A DNA stretch of 64,000 bases from Eubacteriales bacterium (lineage in GTDB: Bacteria; Bacillota; Clostridia; Oscillospirales; UMGS1783): NCBI GenBank assembly GCA_045631845.1, contig JAZQVM010000045.1:3563-67562 (forward strand). Direction: 5' to 3'. Each line of letters begins with the position of its first letter. The stretch's first letter is position 1. Under the pieces are notes generated by a model, which had not been told where the DNA came from, did not search any database, and was given only the letters and a program-made list of their open reading frames with translations. Positions 8,955 through 17,869 of this stretch are shown here, in pieces. Position numbers and translations under genes: made by a program.

Positions 8955-10949
8955 TTATTCTTCAGCAGGAGCTTCTTCGGCCGTTTCCTCAACCGCAACT
9001 TCTTCCTCCACCTCTTCTACAGGCAATGCCGCCTTGATAGAGAGAGAAATACGATTGCGCTCAAAGTCAATTTCAATGATCTTAGCCGAAACCACATCGC
9101 CGACCTTCAGCTTATCCGAAACCTTCTCGATGTGCTCGGGAGCAATCTCGGAAATGTGAATCAAACCATCAATGCCGGGGATGATCTCTGCAAAAGCACC
9201 GTATTTCATGAGCTTCACGATCTTGGCATCAACAATGTCATCTACATTGTAGTTGTTGCGGAAATTATCCATCGGGTTAGCGTTTGGATCTTTGTAACCC
9301 AGCGAAATGCGGCCGGTCTCTTCATTGAAGTCCTTCACATAGACATCAATCACATCGCCCACATTGACAACCTCGTTGGGATGTCTGAGTTTGCTCCAGG
9401 ACAGCTCGGTAATATGTACCATGCCGTCTACACCGCCGATATCAACAAAAGCACCGTAAGAAGTCAAAGAACGAACGGTACCCTCATAATGCTTACCAAC
9501 TTCGATCTCAGCCAAAATCTTTTCACGAGCTTCTTTTCTCATTTCGGAAGAAGCACGCTTCACCGAGCCGATAACACGTCTGCGACGCTTGTCAACCTCG
9601 ATAATCTTGAACTGAACAGTCTGTCCGACAAACAGGGACAGATCGGCTTCACGATCGGATGTGATCTGCGAAGCAGGGATGAAGATGCGGTTGGATTCAT
9701 AGGTTACCACAACACCGCCGTTAACGGCACTGGAGATCTTGCCGGCCAGAATAGCGCCGCTTTCCTCAGCATCGCTGATCTGCTGCCAAGCCTTCTGAGC
9801 CTCCATGCGCTTGCGGCTGAGAGTAGCCGTGCCTTCCACATCATTGGTCTTGATAACCTGAGCCTCAATGGTGTCGCCCACTTTGAACTGAGCCGCCACG
9901 TCGGCAAAACTTGCAGACAATTCATCGGTGGGCAGAATGCCGGTATACTTGGCACCCACATCTACCTGAATCTCATTCGGCATAACGGCCATAATGATAC
10001 CGGTAACGATTTCTCCTCTGCGAACGGTTTTGAAGGATTCGTTCAATGCCTCTTCGAACGACATTTCCTCCTGAGCTTCCATGTTTTTGATGTTTTCTTC
10101 CATGGTGAATAATACCTCCTCGATAATCCAGACGGGAGTAGAGGCGCCCGCTGTTATCCCAATCAGATTATTGTTTTTAAATTTTGACCAACTTAATTCC
10201 GACACATCCTGAATCAAAACAGTATTCTCGCATCGACTACGGCATATCTCATAAAGGCGCACCGTGTTCGCGCTGTTGCGACCGCCGATCACGATCATTC
10301 CGTCACACCGAGCCGCAAGTTGCTCAGCTTCCAGCTGTCGTTCATAAGTTGCAAAGCATATTGTATCAAATATTTGAGCGTTTGTATAGTCTTTCTTGCG
10401 AAATTCTTTACAAATATTTTTCCAAATAGCCTCATTGAATGTCGTTTGAGCCGCTAAAACAGGTGATTTTGTCGAAAAATCGTGCTCAGAAAAGAGTTTT
10501 TTTGCTTCATTTTCGCTCGAAATGACATAAAAATCATCAAAGAAATAGTGTCCCCGGATGCCGTTTACCTCCGGATGTCCCTCATCACCCGCAATAATGA
10601 AGGCCCTTTTCTCCTCACTGGCCTTGGCCGCCAATTGCTGGATACGGGCAACAAACGGACAGGTCATATCCTCTACCGTACCGCCGATTGCCTCAATCTC
10701 ATCCTTAACCGTCTGCCCTACACCGTGAGCCCGAATAATGACTCGCATCCCCTTTTCCACCTGCGACACCTGATCAATACGGCAAATGCCGCTTTCCTCT
10801 AAGCGCTTTAATACATCGGGATTGTGTATCAGCTCGCCGTAGGTGACGGTCGTTTGCCCTCGCTCTGTCATCAATTCCTGCGCCCGGGTTACAGCACGGT
10901 TAACCCCAAAACAAAATCCTGCCGATTTGGCTACTATAATCTGCTTCAT
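8955..10949 (-). CDS. ispH: Fusion protein: 4-hydroxy-3-methylbut-2-enyl diphosphate reductase (IspH/LytB) plus a ribosomal protein S1-like C-terminus (four S1 domains)
   Basis: N-terminal ~285 aa is LytB-like (AKSAGFCFGVNRAV, MTCPFV). The C-terminal ~380 aa has repeated S1 motifs (G.V..V...G..V.....GL.H.SE) and an acidic tail. This fusion type is known in Clostridia. Confidence 0.88.
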   Translation of the reverse strand: MKQIIVAKSAGFCFGVNRAVTRAQELMTERGQTTVTYGELIHNPDVLKRLEESGICRIDQVSQVEKGMRVIIRAHGVGQTVKDEIEAIGGTVEDMTCPFVARIQQLAAKASEEKRAFIIAGDEGHPEVNGIRGHYFFDDFYVISSENEAKKLFSEHDFSTKSPVLAAQTTFNEAIWKNICKEFRKKDYTNAQIFDTICFATYERQLEAEQLAARCDGMIVIGGRNSANTVRLYEICRSRCENTVLIQDVSELSWSKFKNNNLIGITAGASTPVWIIEEVLFTMEENIKNMEAQEEMSFEEALNESFKTVRRGEIVTGIIMAVMPNEIQVDVGAKYTGILPTDELSASFADVAAQFKVGDTIEAQVIKTNDVEGTATLSRKRMEAQKAWQQISDAEESGAILAGKISSAVNGGVVVTYESNRIFIPASQITSDREADLSLFVGQTVQFKIIEVDKRRRRVIGSVKRASSEMRKEAREKILAEIEVGKHYEGTVRSLTSYGAFVDIGGVDGMVHITELSWSKLRHPNEVVNVGDVIDVYVKDFNEETGRISLGYKDPNANPMDNFRNNYNVDDIVDAKIVKLMKYGAFAEIIPGIDGLIHISEIAPEHIEKVSDKLKVGDVVSAKIIEIDFERNRISLSIKAALPVEEVEEEVAVEETAEEAPAEE

Positions 10950-11542
10950 ATCTCTTTGGCCAATTCTTCCGTAATTCCCATCAACCGCTGAGCCATCTGT
11001 TGCAGGTTTTCTGCCGTACCATCAACATAACCGAGCTGATCCACAGTCAACGGCTCACCGAAAATAACGCTAACCCGACGAAAGAGGCGCAGACGCTGAT
11101 TCTTAGTTTTAACATATACCGGCACAATCGGACAACCACTACGAATCGCCAACAGGGCAAAACCGGTTTTATATTTGGACAACGTTTCCCCCTTTACCCG
11201 TTTACCCTGCGGAAAAATGCCGACAATATGCCCTTTTTCAATCATATCAATGCCGTTTTTGATAGCGGAAATATCCTTTGACCCCCGTTTTACCGGGAAA
11301 GCCCCCATCGATCGAAAGAACCAAGACGCTAATTTCCCTTTAAATATCTCAGCCTTGGCCATATAATGAACCGTACGCTTCTTGACCCCCAACCCCAAAA
11401 AAACAGGATCGAGCAAGGACATATGATTACAAGCAAAAATACAGCCCCCATCGACTGCTATCCGTTCCGTTCCGACAGTCTTATGAAAGAACAATACCTT
11501 CATCAAAAACCAAGCAATCGGCCGTAATATTTTATACATCAT
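10946..11542 (-). CDS. plsC: 1-acyl-sn-glycerol-3-phosphate acyltransferase
   Basis: HX4D motif (NHMSLLDP) and FPQGKR motif. Start moved to the ATG at 11542 (GAGGAG SD 8 nt upstream, ATGA overlap with the cmk stop). Confidence 0.85.
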   Translation of the reverse strand: MMYKILRPIAWFLMKVLFFHKTVGTERIAVDGGCIFACNHMSLLDPVFLGLGVKKRTVHYMAKAEIFKGKLASWFFRSMGAFPVKRGSKDISAIKNGIDMIEKGHIVGIFPQGKRVKGETLSKYKTGFALLAIRSGCPIVPVYVKTKNQRLRLFRRVSVIFGEPLTVDQLGYVDGTAENLQQMAQRLMGITEELAKEI

Positions 11543-12210
11543 CCGAGTTTCTCCTCGATGATGCGGCACATATACTCTACCGTTTGCGCCTCATCCATAT
11601 CGGAATTATCTACCAAGACCGCATCCTCGGCCGCCTTGAGCGGCGCCGTAGCACGGGAGGAATCGCTGGCATCCCGCTGCTCAATCTCACGCAATACCGT
11701 GTCATAATCAGCCGCTATACCTTTCGCCTGCAATTCCAATGTGCGACGGCGGGCACGTGCCGACGCATCAGCCGTGAGGAAAAATTTAACCTGTGCCTGC
11801 GGCAAAATGACCGTACCGATATCCCGTCCATCCATTAATACATTGTGTTCTGCCGCCATTTTTCGTTGCAAATCCAATAAGAAGGTACGGACAACGGGAT
11901 GGGCTGACACATCGGATGCCGCTTGCGCCACCGGCTGTGTACGAATCAAGCCCGACACATCTTCCCCATTGAGATATACTCTTTGTTCCCCCTCAACAAA
12001 CCGTAAACTGACATCAATATCAGCCAACAAAGGAGCAACCAAATCCGCCTTTTTCATATCAACAACATTCCGTCGGATAGCATACAGTCCGATAGCGCGG
12101 TAGAGCGCACCGGTATCGATATACAAATAGCCAAGTTTCTTAGCCAGCGCCTTAGCCGCACTGCTCTTACCTGCACCCGACGGGCCATCTATGGCAATAT
12201 TTATAGACAT
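11539..12210 (-). CDS. cmk: Cytidylate kinase
   Basis: IAIDGPSGAGKSS P-loop; typical Cmk length and sequence. Confidence 0.93.
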   Translation of the reverse strand: MSINIAIDGPSGAGKSSAAKALAKKLGYLYIDTGALYRAIGLYAIRRNVVDMKKADLVAPLLADIDVSLRFVEGEQRVYLNGEDVSGLIRTQPVAQAASDVSAHPVVRTFLLDLQRKMAAEHNVLMDGRDIGTVILPQAQVKFFLTADASARARRRTLELQAKGIAADYDTVLREIEQRDASDSSRATAPLKAAEDAVLVDNSDMDEAQTVEYMCRIIEEKLG

Positions 12211-12214
12211 AACA

Positions 12215-13441
12215 TCATCCTCCGTTTATCATGGCTTCTGCCGCCGCAGCCGCCGTTGTAAATGCTAATTGCAGATTAAATCCACCGGTTAAGGCATCGA
12301 TATCCATTACCTCACCGGCAAAATATAAGCCGTTTACCAATTTGGATTGCATGGTTTTTGGATCAATTTCCTTCAGGGAAACCCCGCCGGCCGTCACCAC
12401 GGCTTCTTCAATGGGACGAGTTCCCGTAACGGTAAAAGAAAAATTCTTGATTAATGAACAAAGCCGTTGCCGCTCCTCTCGGGATACGACATTGACCGGC
12501 TTCTCCGAATCGATCCCGCTACGCTCAATCATAACAGGAATTAAACTGGCCGGCAATAATTTACCAAGACTATTGCGAAAACTCTTGTTTTTCTGCTCAG
12601 AAAAATCGCGCAAAATGCGCTGATCCAACTGATCGATAGACAGCCCCGGCTTCAAATCCAAAGATATGGTGGCCTTTTCCGGCTTTTTATGGGCTATGTA
12701 GGCCGATGCCGTGAGCACCAAGGGCCCCGAAAGACCAAAATGCGTAAATAGCGCCTCTCCAATCTCGGAATATAATACCTTTCCCTTTTCATTTAAAAGG
12801 GTGAGAGCCACATTTTTAAGCCCCAGACCACTCATGCGAGAACACTCATTCCCTGCACAATGCACCCCCACCAAGGATGGCATGGGCGGCTGAATGGAAT
12901 GTCCTAAACTTTCTGCAAATCGATATCCGTCACCACTACTGCCCGTCTGCGGATAAGAAAGACCGCCGGTGGCCAGCAACACTTTAGAATAATGACGCTT
13001 TCCACTTTTTGTAACAACGGAAAAACCATCACTCACCGATATTTCCGTTACTTCCTCTTTGATACGGGCAACATAACGCTCATCACATGCCTTGAGCAGA
13101 GTACCCACTACATCCAGCGCCCGATCGGAAACCGGAAAAACTCGATCGCCTCGCTCAATTTTAAGTGCCAAACCCCACTCGCGAAAGATCTGCATAAGCC
13201 ACATATTATCATAGCGGGAAAAGGCACTGTATAAAAATCGATCCCCTTGCATGATGTTTGCCCGAAAACGATCCGCATCACAGGCATTGGTAAGATTACA
13301 TCTTCCTTTTCCGGTAATGCCGATCTTCAGACCAAAGCGATCCTTTTTTTCATAAAGATCACACGGCACGCCGGCTTGCGCCAACAAAGATGCAGCCATC
13401 AACCCTGCCGCACCGCCGCCGATAATGGCGATATCAGACAT
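12215..13441 (-). CDS. NAD(P)/FAD-dependent oxidoreductase, HI0933/BaiN-like flavoprotein
   Basis: IAIIGGGAAGLMAA dinucleotide fold and TGKGRCNLTN motif. Start placed at MSDIAII (GGAGG 8 nt upstream); the ORF-track extension overlaps the upstream gene. Confidence 0.8.
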   Translation of the reverse strand: MSDIAIIGGGAAGLMAASLLAQAGVPCDLYEKKDRFGLKIGITGKGRCNLTNACDADRFRANIMQGDRFLYSAFSRYDNMWLMQIFREWGLALKIERGDRVFPVSDRALDVVGTLLKACDERYVARIKEEVTEISVSDGFSVVTKSGKRHYSKVLLATGGLSYPQTGSSGDGYRFAESLGHSIQPPMPSLVGVHCAGNECSRMSGLGLKNVALTLLNEKGKVLYSEIGEALFTHFGLSGPLVLTASAYIAHKKPEKATISLDLKPGLSIDQLDQRILRDFSEQKNKSFRNSLGKLLPASLIPVMIERSGIDSEKPVNVVSREERQRLCSLIKNFSFTVTGTRPIEEAVVTAGGVSLKEIDPKTMQSKLVNGLYFAGEVMDIDALTGGFNLQLAFTTAAAAAEAMINGG

Positions 13442-14312
13442 CGGCATGACCTCCGTCCTGCTTCTCATATACCTGGTATTCATCCCATATCTGTTCCAAT
13501 TCTCCCAGCCGTTTTTCAATCTCCTGCCTACGCTTCATGGTCACACCCACAATGAGGGCATTGATCAGACTCATCGGCGCCGTTAAGGAGTCGACAAAGG
13601 AGGCCATATCACTTCGAGCCAATAACAGATTGGTTGCCGCCTGCGCCAAAGGAGAAGACGGCGCATCGGTAATTGCCACAACATCCGCCCCACGGTCACG
13701 CGCAAAATTAAGGGCACGAATCGTACGCTGGGAATAGCGAGGAAAACTGATGCCAATAATGACATCCCCCTGCCCGATCCGAACGATCTGCTCAAACACC
13801 TCTTCGGTACCCGAAGCGTTAACCGGCCGAATATTATCACAGATCAGATTTAGATTATACCCCAAAAATTCAGATAACATACTGGCGGTACGTACACCAA
13901 TGATATAAACATTGCGTGCAGCCACAATTTTCTGAATAGCCGATTCAAATTCTACAGGATCTATATGGGCCAACGTTTGGCTAATATTAATAATATCATT
14001 GGATAGAACGCTACCGAGTACTCCATCTTCACGGATGCGCTCCTCGGTAATCTGAACCCTTTGCAAGGCAGTAAGCCGACTACGGCTAAGCTGATGCAAC
14101 GCCTGCTTAAGCCCTTGGTAACTTTCAAAACCCAGTTCCGTTACAAAGCGCACAACCGTAGATTCACTGACACCCACGGCTTGTCCCAATTTCGCCGCCG
14201 TCATAAATGCGACCTTTTCATAATGCGCCAACAGATAATCCGCAATGGCTTTCTGCCCTTTAGAAAATGACGGATACAGTTGTTCAATGGATGCAAATAT
14301 ATCTCCCATCAT
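13434..14312 (-). CDS. MurR/RpiR-family transcriptional regulator (HTH + SIS domain)
   Basis: N-terminal HTH_6-like (GQKAIADYLL...AAKLGQAVGVSESTVVRF) and a C-terminal SIS-like region. Start placed at MMGDIF with an AAGGAGG SD. Confidence 0.8.
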   Translation of the reverse strand: MMGDIFASIEQLYPSFSKGQKAIADYLLAHYEKVAFMTAAKLGQAVGVSESTVVRFVTELGFESYQGLKQALHQLSRSRLTALQRVQITEERIREDGVLGSVLSNDIINISQTLAHIDPVEFESAIQKIVAARNVYIIGVRTASMLSEFLGYNLNLICDNIRPVNASGTEEVFEQIVRIGQGDVIIGISFPRYSQRTIRALNFARDRGADVVAITDAPSSPLAQAATNLLLARSDMASFVDSLTAPMSLINALIVGVTMKRRQEIEKRLGELEQIWDEYQVYEKQDGGHADV

Positions 14313-14429
14313 ATCGGACTGCGCCTCCTTATATACTATTTTATTATTGTAACAGATTTCCATGGGGATTACAATCATTTTTTGCAAGATAAAAGACCGG
14401 GAAATCCCGGTCTTTTATCTTGCAGAATG

Positions 14430-14609
14430 TTACATGCTTTCCTCAACGGACTTGATCATCTTCTTAACCATCTGGCCACCGATCGAACCGGCCTGCTTGG
14501 AGGTCAGGTCGCCGTTGTAGCCCTGCTTAAGATTGACACCAACTTCGTTAGCACATTCCATCTTGAAACGATTCATGGCTTCTTTAGCCGAAGGAACCAT
14601 AGCGCTCAT
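14430..14609 (-). CDS. Alpha/beta-type small acid-soluble spore protein
   Basis: MSAMVPSAKEAMNRFKMECANEVGV...LTSKQAGSIGGQMVKKMI is the classic alpha/beta SASP signature. Start at 14609 (AAAGGAG SD); the longer ORF-track start contains the SD itself. Confidence 0.9.
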   Translation of the reverse strand: MSAMVPSAKEAMNRFKMECANEVGVNLKQGYNGDLTSKQAGSIGGQMVKKMIKSVEESM

Positions 14610-14735
14610 TGATATTTCTCCTTTACTCAAAATATAGTGGTTGCACTATTATTTTATCCTTCGCCATTCTCGTTATAATTTGAAATATATGTAAAGCATT
14701 GAGATCTAATCGCATTCCTAACAATGACATGCATA

Positions 14736-15344
14736 CTACATATCAACAAAATCTATCTGCGAACAGGAGATCTCCCATGCCGTCATTTCCTTCTCACCCG
14801 TTTCGATCTTCTTTATGTAATTTCGACTTTGAATACGCCCCCAAATGTGCAACATATCCGATTGCCTGAGCGATTGAACAAAGACGGAATCTCTGCCCCA
14901 TGCCAAGCATGGAATATAATCACATCGGCCATATCGCCGATTCACTGCCAACATGATATCAGCGATCTCTCGCCCAAGCGGAGTTGTTCGATGAATGGGT
15001 GTTTTACATAAAAAACCAGCCAACTCGATCTTGTTTTCATGCTCTAACGGTTCGACGCATATCTGAACTTCCTGCGCAAAAACATACAAGATTAAACGAC
15101 GACGACCTTCCACATCCATATTTTTAGATCGAAACTCTCCGGTAATTTCCAGCAAATCCCCAACATCCACATAACGCTTTGGAAATAAGCGTTCGGATAC
15201 GACTACCGATATACGGTCGGGCTGTCCGCTTAGCCGATCGACTCGAAGAATAAATGTATAAAAATTCTCCCCGTATGCTTGATGACCGGACGTTGGCAAT
15301 TGATCGACGACGCCACGCAAAAAAACTGAATTTGTGCAGTTCAT
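14736..15344 (-). CDS. SSB-family protein with two tandem OB folds and no acidic C-terminal tip (function unknown)
   Basis: Second half has LAVNRR...WGRDSV...WGRIQSRNY, as in canonical SSB. The first half aligns to the second (N.[VI].L.G...L.V.R..G..D.I...D.L.I.G...S.N). Start at MNCTNS, with ATGA overlap onto the upstream stop and a GGAGAAAGGG SD. Confidence 0.6.
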   Translation of the reverse strand: MNCTNSVFLRGVVDQLPTSGHQAYGENFYTFILRVDRLSGQPDRISVVVSERLFPKRYVDVGDLLEITGEFRSKNMDVEGRRRLILYVFAQEVQICVEPLEHENKIELAGFLCKTPIHRTTPLGREIADIMLAVNRRYGRCDYIPCLAWGRDSVFVQSLRQSDMLHIWGRIQSRNYIKKIETGEKEMTAWEISCSQIDFVDM

Positions 15345-15874
15345 ATATTCCCTTTCTCCTGTGTCAACAATAACAGTGCGCATGCCAATATAGCAGAAGG
15401 CACATCCCAAATTTGAGCATGATAGATATGATCCTGTATCTCTATGGATTCACCATTTACATTTTGCACATCCCGCCCTACCGTCAGCACGATGGCATCA
15501 TCGGCAATACTGGAGATAGAGAGCGTATTTCGTTCTCCAACTCCGCAGGTAACCGGCCGTAACCCTCGCCGCTCAATAAAGCGACAATGAGCGGCATCCT
15601 CCGGATCAAAGACAACAAGCGCATTCTTTTTTATACAACCATACGGCAAATCATGAATATCTGCAACATCATTTCCGATCAATACGATATCGGCACCGAA
15701 ATCACAAGGTCCCGCAACATTTCGCAGTTCCAATATTAAAAGCTCTGTTGCCGCATCCCCGCACACGGCACCTGAATCGGCCGAAACATATAATAATCCA
15801 CGACAATTACGGACAATTTCAATAAATTGTCGCGGATCAAAGTTTTTGCCCGGTATCATTAGTACCTTAACCAT
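15341..15874 (-). CDS. Hypothetical protein; by-eye resemblance to a Mur-ligase central domain with a degenerate P-loop
   Basis: 177 aa. MIPGKNF sits where Mur ligases carry GKT. LLILELRN, ADIVLIGNDVADIHD, ALVVFDPEDA and VTCGVGERN resemble Mur-ligase central-domain blocks. AGGAG SD; 3-nt gap after the pdaB-like stop. Confidence 0.45.
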   Translation of the reverse strand: MVKVLMIPGKNFDPRQFIEIVRNCRGLLYVSADSGAVCGDAATELLILELRNVAGPCDFGADIVLIGNDVADIHDLPYGCIKKNALVVFDPEDAAHCRFIERRGLRPVTCGVGERNTLSISSIADDAIVLTVGRDVQNVNGESIEIQDHIYHAQIWDVPSAILACALLLLTQEKGNI

Positions 15875-15877
15875 GCC

Positions 15878-16669
15878 TTACACTCCTACCGTTTCTTTTG
15901 GTTGCTCTATCTGATATTGTTGCCCCGTATGATCCATATTATAATTTTCCGTATAGATCAGTTCAGATATCTTTATCAATTCAATCCCCTTCTCTTTGGC
16001 ATAGTCCAATATCGCAGGCAATGCTTCGGGCGTATGCAGGGCAGCATTATGGAACAAGGTAATCGAACCGGCTTCCATTTTTTTTGTTACACGAGAGGTA
16101 ATTTCTTTAGCCGAAAGATCTTTCCAATCCAAACTGTCAATCGACCATTGTATGGTATAATAACCGTTTTCCAATAGGGTATTTACTACCTGATCGTTAT
16201 AATCGCCATAAGGCGGACGGAACAGATGCGGACGAACACCCGTTACTTTTTCAATTTTATCCGAGCATGCGTTGACCTGTTTGAGCATATCCTCGGGAGA
16301 AAGTTTTGTCATATAGGGGTGGGTATCGGAATGATTCATAATTTCGTGACCGGCATCATGCAACGCCTTAACCGATTCCGGATATTTATCCACCCATTCT
16401 CCTACCACAAAAAAGGTGGCCTTCACCTCGTATTTGGCCAAAATATCAATAATTTGCTGGGTATCCTCATTGCCCCATGCCGCATCAAAGGAGATAGAGG
16501 CTTTGTTATCGTTTCGCTTTACGCTGTAAATAGGAAGGCTACGTGAGGCCATCGTTGTGCTCATTGCACTTTGCACCACACTACCTGAAAAGATCACAGC
16601 CGCCAAGGTCACAACCACAAGCACTATCGTTGCAATAACGGCATTCTTACGAAACACTACAATTTTCAT
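15878..16669 (-). CDS. Polysaccharide deacetylase (NodB domain), PdaB-like, N-terminal membrane anchor
   Basis: NodB motifs SFDAAWG, HEIMNHSDTHP, LFRPPYG; N-terminal hydrophobic helix. Confidence 0.85.
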   Translation of the reverse strand: MKIVVFRKNAVIATIVLVVVTLAAVIFSGSVVQSAMSTTMASRSLPIYSVKRNDNKASISFDAAWGNEDTQQIIDILAKYEVKATFFVVGEWVDKYPESVKALHDAGHEIMNHSDTHPYMTKLSPEDMLKQVNACSDKIEKVTGVRPHLFRPPYGDYNDQVVNTLLENGYYTIQWSIDSLDWKDLSAKEITSRVTKKMEAGSITLFHNAALHTPEALPAILDYAKEKGIELIKISELIYTENYNMDHTGQQYQIEQPKETVGV

Positions 16670-16752
16670 ACAGTCACCCTCCTGTCTTTACAACCTATTC
16701 GCAATATAGCGCAAATATGCAAAGATGGCGGCAGTTCCCCTGCCGCCTCTCT

Positions 16753-17778
16753 TTAGCAATAAAATTCCATAGGATAGGTTAAATATTCGACCGGCTCTAA
16801 TTGATCAACCGTAACAACTCCGGCCGGCGCACATAAAACACTGGGAATACGATTTACAACCGTCGCACAGGTATGCTCAACCGTGGCGGGTTTCACCACC
16901 TGAAATTCGGTCTCCGGCTCACCGATCATTCGCCACTGACACATATCACCGTCATCCTCTCCATATACCTTACCGATACATCGAGTCTGAATGACAGGAC
17001 CCTGATGAGTATAGGTTTCCACAATGGCGGCCATACCTAAGCATTGCCCCTCGGTAATTTCTCGCCCAAGGGTTGTCGAATACACGCTTCCTTTTTCGAA
17101 ATACGGGACATGTTTTTGGGTTTGGGAACGGATTGTCCAGCCCATTTTCTGCGCCAATGCCTCATTGGAATTCCAAACATAGGAAGGTTCAAACTGTTCA
17201 GGCTCGCCTATCTTTTGCTGAAACTCATCGTAGGTCAAGCCCACGCCGTGAGCCTTAGCCAAGGCCAATCCGTAATCCTCTACATTATAGCTAACTGCAC
17301 CCTCAATGCGAGAAATATTGTGACAGCCGGCAGCAATATGCGCTACAGCATTAACCCAAAAGATATCCTCCATGCCGCTTCCCACAAAAGTACAGCCGTT
17401 ATCTTTGGCTATTCGATCCAATTTATTGGTGCGTATCGGATCGGTAGTCCAACTATAGGTGGCTTCCTCACATGTAGTGATAACATTAATACCTCGGCTT
17501 AAACATTTCACATAATGCTCATAGCAGTCACCTACAAAGCTAAACAAGGTTACAATGGCGATATCGGCATCAACATTGTCCAATACGGCATCAGCATCAT
17601 CGCTGATCAATATGCCCGTTTTAAATCCAAGATCGGCATATTCTCCGATATCCATGCCGACAATCTGCGGATCTACATCAATGGCACCCACAATTTGTGC
17701 CCCTTTATCATGAAGATAACGCAAAATATATTTACTCATCTTGCCACAACCGTACTGTACAACCTTAATCTTGCTCAT
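16753..17778 (-). CDS. NAD(P)-dependent amine dehydrogenase family protein (2,4-diaminopentanoate dehydrogenase / DapB-N-like)
   Basis: N-terminal [13 protein letters not shown] Rossmann fold, overall resemblance to Ord-type dehydrogenases. Start at MSKIKV (AGGAG SD 8 nt upstream). Confidence 0.6.
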   Translation of the reverse strand: MSKIKVVQYGCGKMSKYILRYLHDKGAQIVGAIDVDPQIVGMDIGEYADLGFKTGILISDDADAVLDNVDADIAIVTLFSFVGDCYEHYVKCLSRGINVITTCEEATYSWTTDPIRTNKLDRIAKDNGCTFVGSGMEDIFWVNAVAHIAAGCHNISRIEGAVSYNVEDYGLALAKAHGVGLTYDEFQQKIGEPEQFEPSYVWNSNEALAQKMGWTIRSQTQKHVPYFEKGSVYSTTLGREITEGQCLGMAAIVETYTHQGPVIQTRCIGKVYGEDDGDMCQWRMIGEPETEFQVVKPATVEHTCATVVNRIPSVLCAPAGVVTVDQLEPVEYLTYPMEFYC

Positions 17779-17834
17779 AATTCCTGCTCCTATTATATTT
17801 TTGTGATTAGTATAGCCACATCCTTTCATTCTAT

Positions 17835-17865
17835 ACAAAAAGCCTCCGAAACGTGTTCGGAGGCT
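17835..17865 (-). terminator. Rho-independent terminator after rnfB
   Basis: Hairpin AGCCTCCGAA-N5-TTCGGAGGCT followed by TTTTGT on the minus strand. Confidence 0.75.
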
Positions 17866-17869
17866 TTTG

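Noticed and set aside
13442-13519. 5' extensions proposed by the ORF track for many genes. Examples: 13519, 14387, 14630, 15410, 17838, 19324, 20840, 24074, 38674, 38944, 41379, 44577, 46744, 50031, 51712, 57627.
   Set aside because: In each case an internal ATG has a proper Shine-Dalgarno site and gives the canonical N-terminus. The extension overlaps the upstream gene or contains the SD or promoter itself.
14660-14700. dif-like (XerCD) sequence ...TTATAATTTGAAATATATGTAAAGC... upstream of the SASP gene.
   Set aside because: Only the TATGTAAA core of the XerD arm matches the Firmicute dif consensus I recall. The left arm does not match, and the region is more simply the AT-rich SASP promoter.
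14610-14735. Forespore sigma-G/sigma-F promoter for the SASP gene (candidate GGATA-N15-CACTATA).
   Set aside because: It is expected biologically, but the match to the consensus as I remember it (GHATR / CATnnTA, 17-18 spacing) is imperfect, so I did not list it as a feature.
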